Shown here piece by piece: positions 1 to 9,203 of a stretch of 64,000 nucleotides of DNA. The notes under the pieces were generated by a model. The model saw nothing but the letters and a program-made list of their open reading frames with translations. It searched no databases and was not told the origin of the DNA. This DNA is from Cellvibrionaceae bacterium. GTDB taxonomy: Bacteria > Pseudomonadota > Gammaproteobacteria > Pseudomonadales > Cellvibrionaceae. Position 1 is the stretch's first letter; each line of letters begins with the position of its first letter. The stretch spans positions 44,734-108,733 of the forward strand of contig DATDJI010000091.1 in NCBI GenBank assembly GCA_036520615.1, given 5' to 3'. The translations under genes were made by a program, and so were the position numbers.

Positions 1-1208
1 GCCATGCGGGCGGCGTGGTATTGGTCATGGGCAGTGTGCTTTACCCCTATGTATATATGCTCGTGCGAGCGGCATTTTTGCAGCAGGGTAAAACCCTTGT
101 CGATGTAGCACGCACGCTGGGGCAAAACCCTTGGGGCGGGTTTTTCACTGTGGCGCTGCCGATGGCGCGACCAGCGGTATTTACCGGTATAGCCTTGGTG
201 CTAATGGAAACCCTGGCGGATTTTGGCGCTGTAGCCGTGTTTAACTTCGACACCTTTACTACGGCTATTTATAAAGCCTGGTTTGGTTTTGGCAACCTGC
301 CTGCAGCCAGCCAACTTGCCTCGCTACTGCTATTTTGGGTGGCTCTGGTGCTCGGCTTTGAACAGCGCCAACAATCGCAAACCCGTGCACGTGGATTTAG
401 CCAGCAAAAACACCAGCGGTTTGTTTTACGCGGCAAGTGGCGCTGGCTGGCGTGCGCTTATTGCAGCTTAATACTCGGCCTGTGTTTTGTTGTACCGGTG
501 GCGCAGCTGATTATTTGGGTGGTAAAGACGGGTTTGAGTGGATTGGATGCGCGCTTTGCGCAGTTGATTCAGCATTCATTTGTACTCGCAGGACTTACGG
601 CACTGGCTGTGGCACTGCTTGCCATAGCGATAAGCTTTAGTGAGCGCTTTGCTAAGCGCGCGGGCCTGCGCTACCTCTCACGCTTTATTACGTTGGGCTA
701 CGCATTGCCGGGCTCGGTATTGGCGGTAGGGGTCATGATGAGTTTTACACTGATTGATCGCTACGCGCTTTGGCCGCTGATTGGTAGGGGTGAGCAGGTC
801 CAACCTGTGTTACTCGGCAGCCTTTTCGCATTAATTCTGGCTTATACAATTCGCTTTTTTGCTGTCGGCTTAGGGCCTATTCAACAGGGGCTAGCGAGCG
901 TGCGGCCGCATTTTCAAGAGGCGGCACAAACACTTGGGCAGCCCTTCAGTGTGATTCTGCGACGCATTTATTGGCCGTTGCTGCGCCCTGGTTTGCTAAC
1001 GGGATTGGTGCTTGTGTTAGTGGATGTGATGAAAGAAATGCCCGCCACCTTGTTATTGCGGCCATTCGGTTGGGATACGTTAGCGGTGCGCGTATATGAG
1101 ATGACCTCAGAAGGCGAGTGGCAAAAGGCCGCGCTGCCCGCTCTATGCTTAGTGTTAGTGTCTATCGTACCGGTAGTGTTGGCGATTCGACGCTCACGGC
1201 AGAATTAG
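1..1208 (+). CDS. ABC transporter permease, FbpB/HitB-like two-domain iron(III)-type; 5' end outside window
   Basis: The frame is open from base 3, upstream of the listed GTG at 15. Polytopic hydrophobic protein with ABC-permease loop motifs (GQNPWGGFFTVALPMARPA; MKEMPATLLLRPFGWDTLAVRVYE). Confidence 0.8.
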   Translation, partial: HAGGVVLVMGSVLYPYVYMLVRAAFLQQGKTLVDVARTLGQNPWGGFFTVALPMARPAVFTGIALVLMETLADFGAVAVFNFDTFTTAIYKAWFGFGNLPAASQLASLLLFWVALVLGFEQRQQSQTRARGFSQQKHQRFVLRGKWRWLACAYCSLILGLCFVVPVAQLIIWVVKTGLSGLDARFAQLIQHSFVLAGLTALAVALLAIAISFSERFAKRAGLRYLSRFITLGYALPGSVLAVGVMMSFTLIDRYALWPLIGRGEQVQPVLLGSLFALILAYTIRFFAVGLGPIQQGLASVRPHFQEAAQTLGQPFSVILRRIYWPLLRPGLLTGLVLVLVDVMKEMPATLLLRPFGWDTLAVRVYEMTSEGEWQKAALPALCLVLVSIVPVVLAIRRSRQN

Positions 1209-1225
1209 CCTAAACCTTTTAGAAC

Positions 1226-2605
1226 CTACTGTTGGCCAGTGGCCAAGGCGGCAATGTGGGCCGCAGCCTGTTCGCAGTTGTTGGCAGTCGCGCATTGTTG
1301 CTGCCACTGGGTAAGGCTAAATAAATTGTCGCCCATCCACTGCGCGGGTAATTGCCAGAGTTTTGCGCGTCTGAAATCGGCAGTGTTAAAACGCCCGACG
1401 TCAAAACGGCGCAATACTAATACCGGGCGCTCGCCTGCGCCGCATTCAAACCAAGCGCCAAGCTCGTCGATTTGTTTAGATGTGCAGGCAATGTCTGGAT
1501 GCCAATTGCCTTGAATAAACGGTACCAGTTTGTCTTTAGTAGCCGTGCGCTGGTATTGCCAGCGCTGCACCCAACTGTCATCGGACCAGCCTTGCTCCAC
1601 TGTGCCCGCTTGCGGCATCGGCGGTGCTATGGCCCAGGCCGGCGGGGCGGAAGCTTGTATCCTTAAGGGTTCAAGCCAAGCCGAGGGTACAGGTGGGCGC
1701 AGGCTTAAAGCCAACATTATCGGTCCGAGGCTAAGCACAAGCAGGATCGTTAATAGATGCGAAAGCGGCAGGCTAAACAGCTGAGTTGATGTGCGCACCG
1801 CCGAGCGCACAGGTGCAAAATACAACGGCGGCACAATTACGCCTGCAAATAACAGCCAGCCGAAGGTTTCATGGTCGGACACCAAGCTGTTCTGCATCTG
1901 GGAGTAATAACCGACCAATACCAAAATAAAGATCCGCACCCAATTGGTAATCATTCCGAGCGCTAGGGCCACGGCCATCGTGGCCCAATAGCCGCGTGCG
2001 GGGTAATAATTCAAGCAGGCCAGCATATGCCCCAAGGCCAGTGCGATTACTATATATCTAAGGCCTGAGCAGCCTTCAGCGATAACAATTTGGCCGTAGG
2101 GCAGGCTAATTGTTGTGCCATCGATATGGGCGGTTATACCCGCCAGCTCCACCATCTGCCCGACGACAAAACCACTTAAAACGGTAGCTGTAGAATTTAA
2201 TTCCCCCCAAACGCTAGTGGCAAACAGCGGCAATAATAAAATAGCTTTGTAGCGCCAGGCCTGTACAAACCCCAGCCATGCTGTATAGGCCAGGGTGATA
2301 ACCAGCAACAAAGCTGCCTCGGCTAGTACAGTAATTTGTACGGATTGCAGTAAAAACCACAGAGTCGAACCCGCGCCCAGAGCCGCAGCGCGCAGTGCAA
2401 AATGCTTGCGCGGCGACGACGGGCAGGGGCGTTTCCAGAGCAGCCAGAGAAATACAGTAGCTACCAAAATCCCATGCGATAAGCCCTTATCCCACTCAAC
2501 CCATCGTCCCGCCAGTACTCCTAACGTAGGCCAATACAGCCCAGCTATGACAGGAATAATGATGAGAACAAACAGGTGTTGCGGGGCTAAGTTTAAGCGT
2601 CGCAT
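1226..2605 (-). CDS. Exosortase-family transpeptidase with fused C-terminal EpsI-like periplasmic domain
   Basis: About 8 TM segments. Exosortase signature AEGCSGLRY, then NWVRIF and HETFGW (Cys/Arg/His triad region). The roughly 170-aa soluble tail has an HPDIAC motif like EpsI. Confidence 0.75.
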   Translation of the reverse strand: MRRLNLAPQHLFVLIIIPVIAGLYWPTLGVLAGRWVEWDKGLSHGILVATVFLWLLWKRPCPSSPRKHFALRAAALGAGSTLWFLLQSVQITVLAEAALLLVITLAYTAWLGFVQAWRYKAILLLPLFATSVWGELNSTATVLSGFVVGQMVELAGITAHIDGTTISLPYGQIVIAEGCSGLRYIVIALALGHMLACLNYYPARGYWATMAVALALGMITNWVRIFILVLVGYYSQMQNSLVSDHETFGWLLFAGVIVPPLYFAPVRSAVRTSTQLFSLPLSHLLTILLVLSLGPIMLALSLRPPVPSAWLEPLRIQASAPPAWAIAPPMPQAGTVEQGWSDDSWVQRWQYQRTATKDKLVPFIQGNWHPDIACTSKQIDELGAWFECGAGERPVLVLRRFDVGRFNTADFRRAKLWQLPAQWMGDNLFSLTQWQQQCATANNCEQAAAHIAALATGQQ

Positions 2606-2665
2606 GGGTGAGGGGTTCGCAAAAAGCGCCGAACAACAGGCGTGCTGTCGTATCGATGCTGAATA

Positions 2666-3937
2666 TTACTGTGGCTGCAGAGTGTTTTTGTGGCCTTTCA
2701 AGCCGTAAAACACAATGTAGAGATAACACAGAATAGGCAATAAAAAGGACAGCTGCAGGCCAAGCGTGTCCGCCAGAGCGCCCTGCGCTAGAGGAATTAA
2801 CGCACCACCTACTATTGCCATACACAAAATTGATGAACCCTGGCTCGTGTGCCGGCCAAGACCTGTAACTGCCAGGCTAAATATAGTGGGGAACATTACT
2901 GAATTGCACAGGCCCACTGCGAGTATGGCCCACATAGCAACGGATCCCGAAGCGAATACCGCCACCAAAATCAACACCACCGCTGCCACTGCATTAAACG
3001 CCAACACCTTGCCGCCGGGGATTGATTGCATAACCGCCGAACCGATAAAGCGTCCAATCATGGCACCGCCCCAGTAATAACTCACAAAATTGGCGGCATC
3101 TTTTTCGGCAAGACCTGCAATTTCGGGCAAGCCAATAAAATTTACCAGTAAGCTGCCGATGGCAACCTCACCGCCTACGTAAACAAAAATACCCACCGCA
3201 CCTAGCACCAAATGCGTGTATTGCCAGGCGGAACCGGAATCTTGCGCGCTGGCGGGCAGTGCCTCATCGACGATGATAGGCAGCTTTAAAAAGGCAAATA
3301 TGGCGGCGAGTAATAACAGTGCGGAAGCAAGTGCCACATAGGGAATTTGTACGGCTTGAGCCTTCGCTTGTAACAAAGCATCGCCACTGAGGTTCGAATC
3401 CACGGCCACTGCGCCTAATATCAATGCCCCGCCGATCATAGGAGCGATCGTGGTGCCAAACGAATTAAAAGCTTGTGTCAGGGTTAGACGGCTGGAAGCA
3501 GTGGCAGGCTTACCCAAAATGGCCACATAGGGGTTGGCGGAGACTTGTAAAATTGTAATACCTGCAGCCAACACAAATAACGCTGATAAAAACACGCCGT
3601 AAGCGCGCAGCGCAGCAGCTGGGTAAAACAGTAGACAACCCGCCGCTGCAACTACCAAGCCGATAACTGCACCGGTTTTATAGCCTACTTTTTTAACCAA
3701 CAAGCCCGCGGGCAGGGAGACTAAGAAGTACGCACCAAAGAAACAAAATTGGATCAACATCCCCTGTGTGTAATTTAAATCAAACACCTCCTTTAAATGG
3801 GGGATCAAGATATCGTTTAAGCAAGTAAGAAACCCCCACATAAAAAACAACGTGGTCAGGGCCGAAAGAGCAAATGTGTAATTTTGCGGGCTTGAGCTGC
3901 CGGTGGTAGCAGTCGCGGAAGGAGAAAATCCAGCCAT
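2666..3937 (-). CDS. MFS sugar:H+ symporter (FucP / glucose-galactose GluP family)
   Basis: A 12-TM profile. The N-terminus ([22 protein letters not shown]) and [13 protein letters not shown] are typical of the FucP/GluP family. Confidence 0.85.
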   Translation of the reverse strand: MAGFSPSATATTGSSSPQNYTFALSALTTLFFMWGFLTCLNDILIPHLKEVFDLNYTQGMLIQFCFFGAYFLVSLPAGLLVKKVGYKTGAVIGLVVAAAGCLLFYPAAALRAYGVFLSALFVLAAGITILQVSANPYVAILGKPATASSRLTLTQAFNSFGTTIAPMIGGALILGAVAVDSNLSGDALLQAKAQAVQIPYVALASALLLLAAIFAFLKLPIIVDEALPASAQDSGSAWQYTHLVLGAVGIFVYVGGEVAIGSLLVNFIGLPEIAGLAEKDAANFVSYYWGGAMIGRFIGSAVMQSIPGGKVLAFNAVAAVVLILVAVFASGSVAMWAILAVGLCNSVMFPTIFSLAVTGLGRHTSQGSSILCMAIVGGALIPLAQGALADTLGLQLSFLLPILCYLYIVFYGLKGHKNTLQPQ

Positions 3938-4183
3938 AGAAACGCCTCTTTAATTATTGTGTTTAAGTAGGTAGCAACCGCTTATGTTAAGAAACCAAGG
4001 TAAAAACTACCGTTGGCGCACACTTAAGCTGAGGTACTAGGTTAATTTGGGCGGGCTATTATGCGCATTCCCCCTGGTAGGAGCTATGCCTAATTGAGTG
4101 TTCCTGTAGTCAAAGCCTGAGCAGCTTAGAAATGGGAGATGAAAATGTTTCATCTCCCAATGGCTTATGCCGTAACAAAATGC

Positions 4184-4210
4184 AAAAAGCGCTCTAAATG
4201 CGAGCGCTTT
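4184..4210 (-). terminator. Intrinsic terminator downstream of the GntR-family gene
   Basis: On the minus strand: AAAGCGCUC-GCAUUUA-GAGCGCUUUUU. This is a GC-core hairpin running into a U-tract, about 30 nt after the stop at 4239. Confidence 0.55.
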
Positions 4211-4238
4211 GAATTAAATTTATAGCGAGGGGCTGAGC

Positions 4239-4940
4239 TTAGGTGCAGGCGGCTTCGGCGCTAAATGACCAGCCGAAGCACTCGGTCATTAACCGCCGCA
4301 TGGCCGAGGCGGCGGCAGCTGCACGGCCTTCAATAAGCGCCTGGCAGACGGCGCGGTGAGGCTCGGTCGAGTGGGGTAAGCGATTGATGCGCCCACTGTG
4401 TAAACGAAGGGAAACACGCAGAAAATCCTCAAATTGCGAGAAAAATCGGTTGCCGCTGGCGAGCAAGAACGCGCGCATAAAGCCCTCATGAGATTGAGCC
4501 CACAATTGCGGATTGCCCTGCGACTCTTCAACGGCCTGCAGCGCTTGGGATACGTTATCCAAAACCTTGCCGTCGTTGGAGCGGCAGGCCAATGACACAG
4601 CTTCAGGTGCTATAGCCCAACACATTTCGGCAAATTCTCGCCGCAAAGCATCACTGGGACGCGCTTCAAGAACCCAATGTAACACCTCTGTATCAAACAA
4701 GTTCCAATACTGTAGGGGCTGAACACGAATGCCTTGACGGGGCCGTGAGGCGATCAACCCTTTGGCAGTAAGCATTTTCACCGCTTCGCGCGTAACGCTG
4801 CGACTCGTACCAAACTGAGTGGAGATTTCAGCTTCCGTGGGCAGGCAGCTGGATTCATCATATTTACCCTGCACAATAGCCTGGCCCAACGCGTTGGCTA
4901 CCAGCTGTGTAAGGTTAAGCCCACCATCAACTAACGACAT
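4239..4940 (-). CDS. GntR-family transcriptional regulator (FadR/FCD subfamily)
   Basis: N-terminal winged HTH (LPTEAEISTQFGTSRSVTREAVKMLTAKGLI). The all-helical C-terminal domain is of FCD type. Confidence 0.85.
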   Translation of the reverse strand: MSLVDGGLNLTQLVANALGQAIVQGKYDESSCLPTEAEISTQFGTSRSVTREAVKMLTAKGLIASRPRQGIRVQPLQYWNLFDTEVLHWVLEARPSDALRREFAEMCWAIAPEAVSLACRSNDGKVLDNVSQALQAVEESQGNPQLWAQSHEGFMRAFLLASGNRFFSQFEDFLRVSLRLHSGRINRLPHSTEPHRAVCQALIEGRAAAAASAMRRLMTECFGWSFSAEAACT

Positions 4941-5009
4941 ACGATACCTCTAAAATTCAGCTGACTTGGGGCAGCAAAGACCACATTATGGTTGATTATC
5001 TTTAATTAA

Positions 5010-5070
5010 TGTCATTTTAACTATAAATTAAGCGCAGTAGTAGTGTCATTTTAACTATAATTGAAGCGCA
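5010..5070. repeat. Two 27-bp direct repeats (25/27 identical, 34-bp period) in a divergent promoter region; candidate operators
   Basis: TGTCATTTTAACTATAAATTAAGCGCA at 5010-5036 and TGTCATTTTAACTATAATTGAAGCGCA at 5044-5070. A degenerate TGTCTTACTATA lies near 5133. Confidence 0.6.
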
Positions 5071-5446
5071 AGTGTTACATAAGTCTTACTTTATTTTTAA
5101 TTATTTTTCTGTAACAGCCTTCATCATATTATTGTCTTACTATATGTTCATATATAGCCTAGTGTTTAACCTAAATACAACTGATAAATGTGAGAAAAGG
5201 GAGATTTTTACGTTATGACCAGCGCTCACTGAAGTGACTATAGGTCCAGATGACTAAGTAGGAGTTGACGGACTCTTCGCCAGGCGGCTCTGCGAAAATT
5301 GAGCAGGTACATATGTAACAAGTGGCAGGCAACGGCTGCGCGAGCAAAAGGATGTTTTAAAGGATTCTATAAAGGTTGGCGCAGATTTATCGTCGGAGCC
5401 GATTTCGCGTTATGCTTGGCGGTATTTTTCCTAAGGCTCTTTTTAT

Positions 5447-6709
5447 ATGACATCACCCGGCGCGCTGTGGCCACTTTGGTGGCTGCTCCTGTCCTTTAAC
5501 AGTACTGCTATATGTGCGGCTACTGCCGACGGGGTTTACTCCCGTTACGCCCCTTCTTTGTATCAAATACGTATTATGGAAAATCGCTCAGGCAGCCGCG
5601 CCGCCCTTGGCTCAGGCTTTGTCGTCAGCGACGGTAAATTGGTTGCCACCAACTATCACGTAGTTTCGAACAAGGTGATGGAGCCGAACAAATACCGTAT
5701 TGAAATTGACCTCGGCGGCAAACCCCAGGTCGCGACAATTGTGCGTGTAGATGCGGTGCATGATTTAGCCTTGCTGTCTCTGGAGGGTACTCCGCCGTTG
5801 GGCGCAGCCTTAGTCATTGCCAGGCAGGCTCCGCAAAAAGGCGAAGTGCTTTACTCTTTGGGCAATCCTCACGACATCGGCATGACGGTGGTGGTCGGCA
5901 ATTACAATGGTCTTGTTGAGCACAGCCCGGTGGAGCAAATCCACTTCAGCGGCGCTATTAACTCCGGCATGAGTGGCGGCCCCACGGTCAATGGTGACGG
6001 ACAGGTAATAGGTGTAAACGTAGCGACCGCAGGTAACCAAATCGGCTTTTTAGTGCCGGGCCACTATTTGCAAACGCTGATCGAAAAAGCTCAAGAACCC
6101 CTAGATAAGCCGTTATTAGAGGATATGGCCGAGCAGATAAAAGCCCATACAACAGCATTACTAGATGAACTGCTCGCGCAACCCTGGCACCCGGAGCCCA
6201 TGGGCAAGGTATCGATTTTTGCTAAAGCTGTGCCCTGGGTGGAGTGCTGGGGTAATAGTGAAGAGAAAAAAGAACTCGGTACATTAGAAGTCTCTCGCGG
6301 CTGTAATTCCAGCAACCAGTTATTCCTCAGTGATAAATTTTCCAGCGGCTATGTGGAGTACGAGTTTTTTTATTTCTCCGCTCAAAACTGGCCTTCGGCA
6401 AGTGTGTACCGTTATATGGCCCGCAACACCGCCAATGCCATGCCGGGCAACCAAGTAGCTAAAGTACATGCGGGCAATTACACCTGCAGCGACGACTGGT
6501 ACGCTACTCCGCAGGGCGGTAGCAAACGCATCAGCTATTGCACCCGTCCCTACAAACAGCTGCCCGGTTTATTTGATGTTTTTTACGTCGGTGTGACTAG
6601 CGATCGAAGCCATGAGGTGGCTATGGACCACTACACGTTAGCAGGCGTGACACAGGAAGCCTCACTGCGATTTTTTGCGCGTTTTAAGGAGCAGATGTTG
6701 TGGCAATAA
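5447..6709 (+). CDS. Secreted trypsin-like (S1/chymotrypsin-fold) serine protease with an uncharacterised Cys-containing C-terminal domain
   Basis: Signal peptide. His block GSGFVVSDGKLVATNYHVV, Asp block DLALL, Ser block NSGMSGGPTVNGDGQVIGVN. The roughly 200-aa C-terminal extension is not recognised. Confidence 0.8.
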   Translation: MTSPGALWPLWWLLLSFNSTAICAATADGVYSRYAPSLYQIRIMENRSGSRAALGSGFVVSDGKLVATNYHVVSNKVMEPNKYRIEIDLGGKPQVATIVRVDAVHDLALLSLEGTPPLGAALVIARQAPQKGEVLYSLGNPHDIGMTVVVGNYNGLVEHSPVEQIHFSGAINSGMSGGPTVNGDGQVIGVNVATAGNQIGFLVPGHYLQTLIEKAQEPLDKPLLEDMAEQIKAHTTALLDELLAQPWHPEPMGKVSIFAKAVPWVECWGNSEEKKELGTLEVSRGCNSSNQLFLSDKFSSGYVEYEFFYFSAQNWPSASVYRYMARNTANAMPGNQVAKVHAGNYTCSDDWYATPQGGSKRISYCTRPYKQLPGLFDVFYVGVTSDRSHEVAMDHYTLAGVTQEASLRFFARFKEQMLWQ

Positions 6710-7743
6710 TTATCGAACACACCGACCCCAGCGGTCATGTATTGCGGCAACAGCGCTTTGAGACAACAAGCGTAAGCATCGGCCGCAGCTTCAGCGCCGA
6801 TATGATCCTCACCGACCCTTATGTAGATGCCGAACATTGCACGGTGGCTTGCGATACTGACACTAGCCAGCTGCGCCTTAAAGATCTAGGCGCCAAAAAC
6901 GGTCTTTGGTGGTTAGATAACAAACATCATAAGCAACGAGTTATCAGCGAGCGCGCTATCGCATCCGGCCAAACCATATTGCTGGGTAAAACTTATCTAC
7001 GCATCTACCATCATTCGCACGCGGTGCCGCAAGCGCTTTCGATCGCCCGCGATGACGCTATCACAGGTTTTTTCGGCCATGCCGGGCTTATTCTGGTCGT
7101 AGCGGTATTGGCTTTGGGACTCGATATCCTGGGCCAATATTTAGATCACCCTATTGGGGGCAGCTGGGTAGAGCGCGGGCGGGAAGCCTTTTACGGTTTA
7201 TTAGGGTTAATAGCCCTCAGTAGTTTTTGGGCACTGCTTGGTAAAGGTCTGGTACAGCACGCGCGCTTTCGCTTTCACTTAGGGTTGTCGTTTTGTGTTA
7301 TGGCCGTGTGGGTGGTTTGGGAATTTATTCAGCCCTCGATGATGTATAACCTTAACTTCACGAAAGCCACAGCGGACTGGCTAAATCGCGGCTTGCAAGC
7401 GGTGGTGTTAGGTGGCGCTCTGTATCTGGCGTTAAGTTTTAGTACGCGCCTAAGCACCCGTGTGCGAGCACTTTTAGCGGGTTTAGTACCTCTACTCGTG
7501 CTCGGCTCAGGGCTTAGCACGCTTATTGAAACGAAAAATCGCTTCCGCCCAGTGCCGCCTTACAGCCATGTACTGGTGGAGCCGACGCTGCAATGGCGCA
7601 GCCCTGCCGCTTGGGACACGCTACCTGCTGCAGCCGAGAAAGCTTATAAACCCTACGACCCACATGCCGACGATACCGACGCCGACGTCAGTGACGACAC
7701 CACTGACGAGAGCCCGGATCCGGCCACTACCGCCGAGGAATAA
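6700..7743 (+). CDS. FHA-domain protein with polytopic membrane domain and acidic C-terminal tail
   Basis: GTG start 9 nt after AAGGAG, overlapping the protease stop by 10 nt. FHA-like N-terminus (VSIGRSFSADMILTDPYVDAEHC...LKDLGAKNGLW), then about 5-6 TM helices and a D/T-rich tail. Confidence 0.75.
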   Translation: MAIIIEHTDPSGHVLRQQRFETTSVSIGRSFSADMILTDPYVDAEHCTVACDTDTSQLRLKDLGAKNGLWWLDNKHHKQRVISERAIASGQTILLGKTYLRIYHHSHAVPQALSIARDDAITGFFGHAGLILVVAVLALGLDILGQYLDHPIGGSWVERGREAFYGLLGLIALSSFWALLGKGLVQHARFRFHLGLSFCVMAVWVVWEFIQPSMMYNLNFTKATADWLNRGLQAVVLGGALYLALSFSTRLSTRVRALLAGLVPLLVLGSGLSTLIETKNRFRPVPPYSHVLVEPTLQWRSPAAWDTLPAAAEKAYKPYDPHADDTDADVSDDTTDESPDPATTAEE

Positions 7744-7745
7744 CT

Positions 7746-8057
7746 ATGAAAGCCTTATGTACCTCCCTAGCAATGAGCGCCCTGTTAGCTGGCTGCGCCT
7801 GGGTAACACCCACCACCCGTGGCCAAGCAATTGCCTACTTACAGCCTGAGCAAGTACAAAGCTGCCAAAAGCTCGGCCGCGTATCGGTGGAGACAGTTAA
7901 TAAAGTGGTGTTGCTGTCGCGCGAGGCTAAAACCGTGCGAAACGAACTGATCACTATGGCTAAAAATGAGGCTGTGGTGCTCAAAGCCGACACGATCGCA
8001 CCAGAAACGGAAATCACAGACGGCCGCCAGAGTTTCCTTGCTTATCGATGCCGCTAA
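7746..8057 (+). CDS. Small lipoprotein (DUF4156-like)
   Basis: Lipobox LLAGC at the N-terminus. Starts 2 nt after the FHA gene stop, with GAGGA upstream. Confidence 0.6.
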   Translation: MKALCTSLAMSALLAGCAWVTPTTRGQAIAYLQPEQVQSCQKLGRVSVETVNKVVLLSREAKTVRNELITMAKNEAVVLKADTIAPETEITDGRQSFLAYRCR

Positions 8058-8294
8058 ATTTAAATCGCTCGCTTCTTGGGTTTAAGTTTAGAAAAGCAGG
8101 GGTTCGGGCTGTTCAATACCAGTATTCTGAACCGCTGATTTAAAAGCGGCACAATCTCATTTGAAATTTCGACTTAAGTTAGGTACGAGTTGCCGCAGAT
8201 TAAATGTTTATTGCGTGATGCTTGGGATTAATTACTTGTGCGCGCCTTTAACCTTTTGCAAATACGCGAGAATAGACCCATCCGTTGATTAAAT

Positions 8295-8627
8295 TTACTG
8301 AGCATTTAATTGGATTGTTTGCTCAGGAGTAAGCGGATCAAAATGTGTGCCCCAAGGCTGATAAAGGCTGAATTTTTTGCCATTTTTACCGCTTTCAGGA
8401 TTAGCGTTCCAAGGCACTAGATACAGCATCATAGGTGATTCATCAGCTATAGCCGTGTTATTGGTTGTATTGTTCGTATCGGCATTATTTTGCTCAACGG
8501 GTACAGATTTATCGGCAGCGGCAACATTTGCGCTAATTACACCTGATAAACATACACAAAACACGCGCGCCTTAAAAAAAGCAATGGCTGTATTCTTTAA
8601 AATAACTATGTAATTTAAATTTTTCAT
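8295..8627 (-). CDS. Small secreted hypothetical protein, last gene of the TPR operon
   Basis: Hydrophobic signal-like N-terminus and an N/T-rich linker. The ATG lies 3 nt after the upstream stop. Confidence 0.5.
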   Translation of the reverse strand: MKNLNYIVILKNTAIAFFKARVFCVCLSGVISANVAAADKSVPVEQNNADTNNTTNNTAIADESPMMLYLVPWNANPESGKNGKKFSLYQPWGTHFDPLTPEQTIQLNAQ

Positions 8628-8630
8628 AAT

Positions 8631-9203
8631 TTAACGCTTCGCTTTGCGTTTAATTTCATTAATCCAATCGCTTGCGGCTTTATCTTCCGGGCGTGCTTTG
8701 GCGTAAGCTTCGTAATAAGGCAGAGCTTTGATTGGATCTTGCCAATAAATATCGTACAGCAGCGCCAGGTTATAATCAGCCTCCGGCGGCGCTGCAGGGC
8801 TGCTTAATGCGCTTAAATAATACTGCTCTGCCTGCGCCAATTGGCCTGAATGCTCAGCTGTTATACCGAGTAAATTGAATGCCTGCGGCGATTTTTGCGC
8901 GTCACTTAGCCGATTTAACAAAGATGCAGCTTCCTGCCATTGCTGTAATTGGCAATTTACAGCGGCAAGGTTAATTGTCGCTGCGGGGAAATTCGCGTTA
9001 TTTTTCACAATAGTCTGCAGCAGCGATTTTGCCTCCGGCCATTTTTGCTGTTTAATCAATTGCACGCTGGTTTGCCAAGCGGCTTGATCTTCAGCGCGTA
9101 AGGCAATATTTGCGCTTGTATTAGATGGTTTTGGTGATTGGCTTGCGCAAGCGGCCAAAACTAAACACACAGTTATAAAACCTAAACGCAGAATTTTATT
9201 CAT
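8631..9203 (-). CDS. TPR-repeat lipoprotein
   Basis: The preferred start is MNKILRLGFITVCLVLAAC (lipobox), 6 nt after the upstream stop. TPR-like A/L/Y-periodic helices. Confidence 0.7.
   Translation of the reverse strand: MNKILRLGFITVCLVLAACASQSPKPSNTSANIALRAEDQAAWQTSVQLIKQQKWPEAKSLLQTIVKNNANFPAATINLAAVNCQLQQWQEAASLLNRLSDAQKSPQAFNLLGITAEHSGQLAQAEQYYLSALSSPAAPPEADYNLALLYDIYWQDPIKALPYYEAYAKARPEDKAASDWINEIKRKAKR

Noticed and set aside
2295-2825. ORFs of 137 and 109 aa overlapping the exosortase and MFS genes
   Set aside because: They are alternative-frame or antisense readings of well-supported membrane-protein genes.
5299-5499. A 66-aa ORF overlapping the protease gene start
   Set aside because: It is out of frame with, and largely upstream of or overlapping, a much better supported gene. 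It has no motif and is likely spurious.
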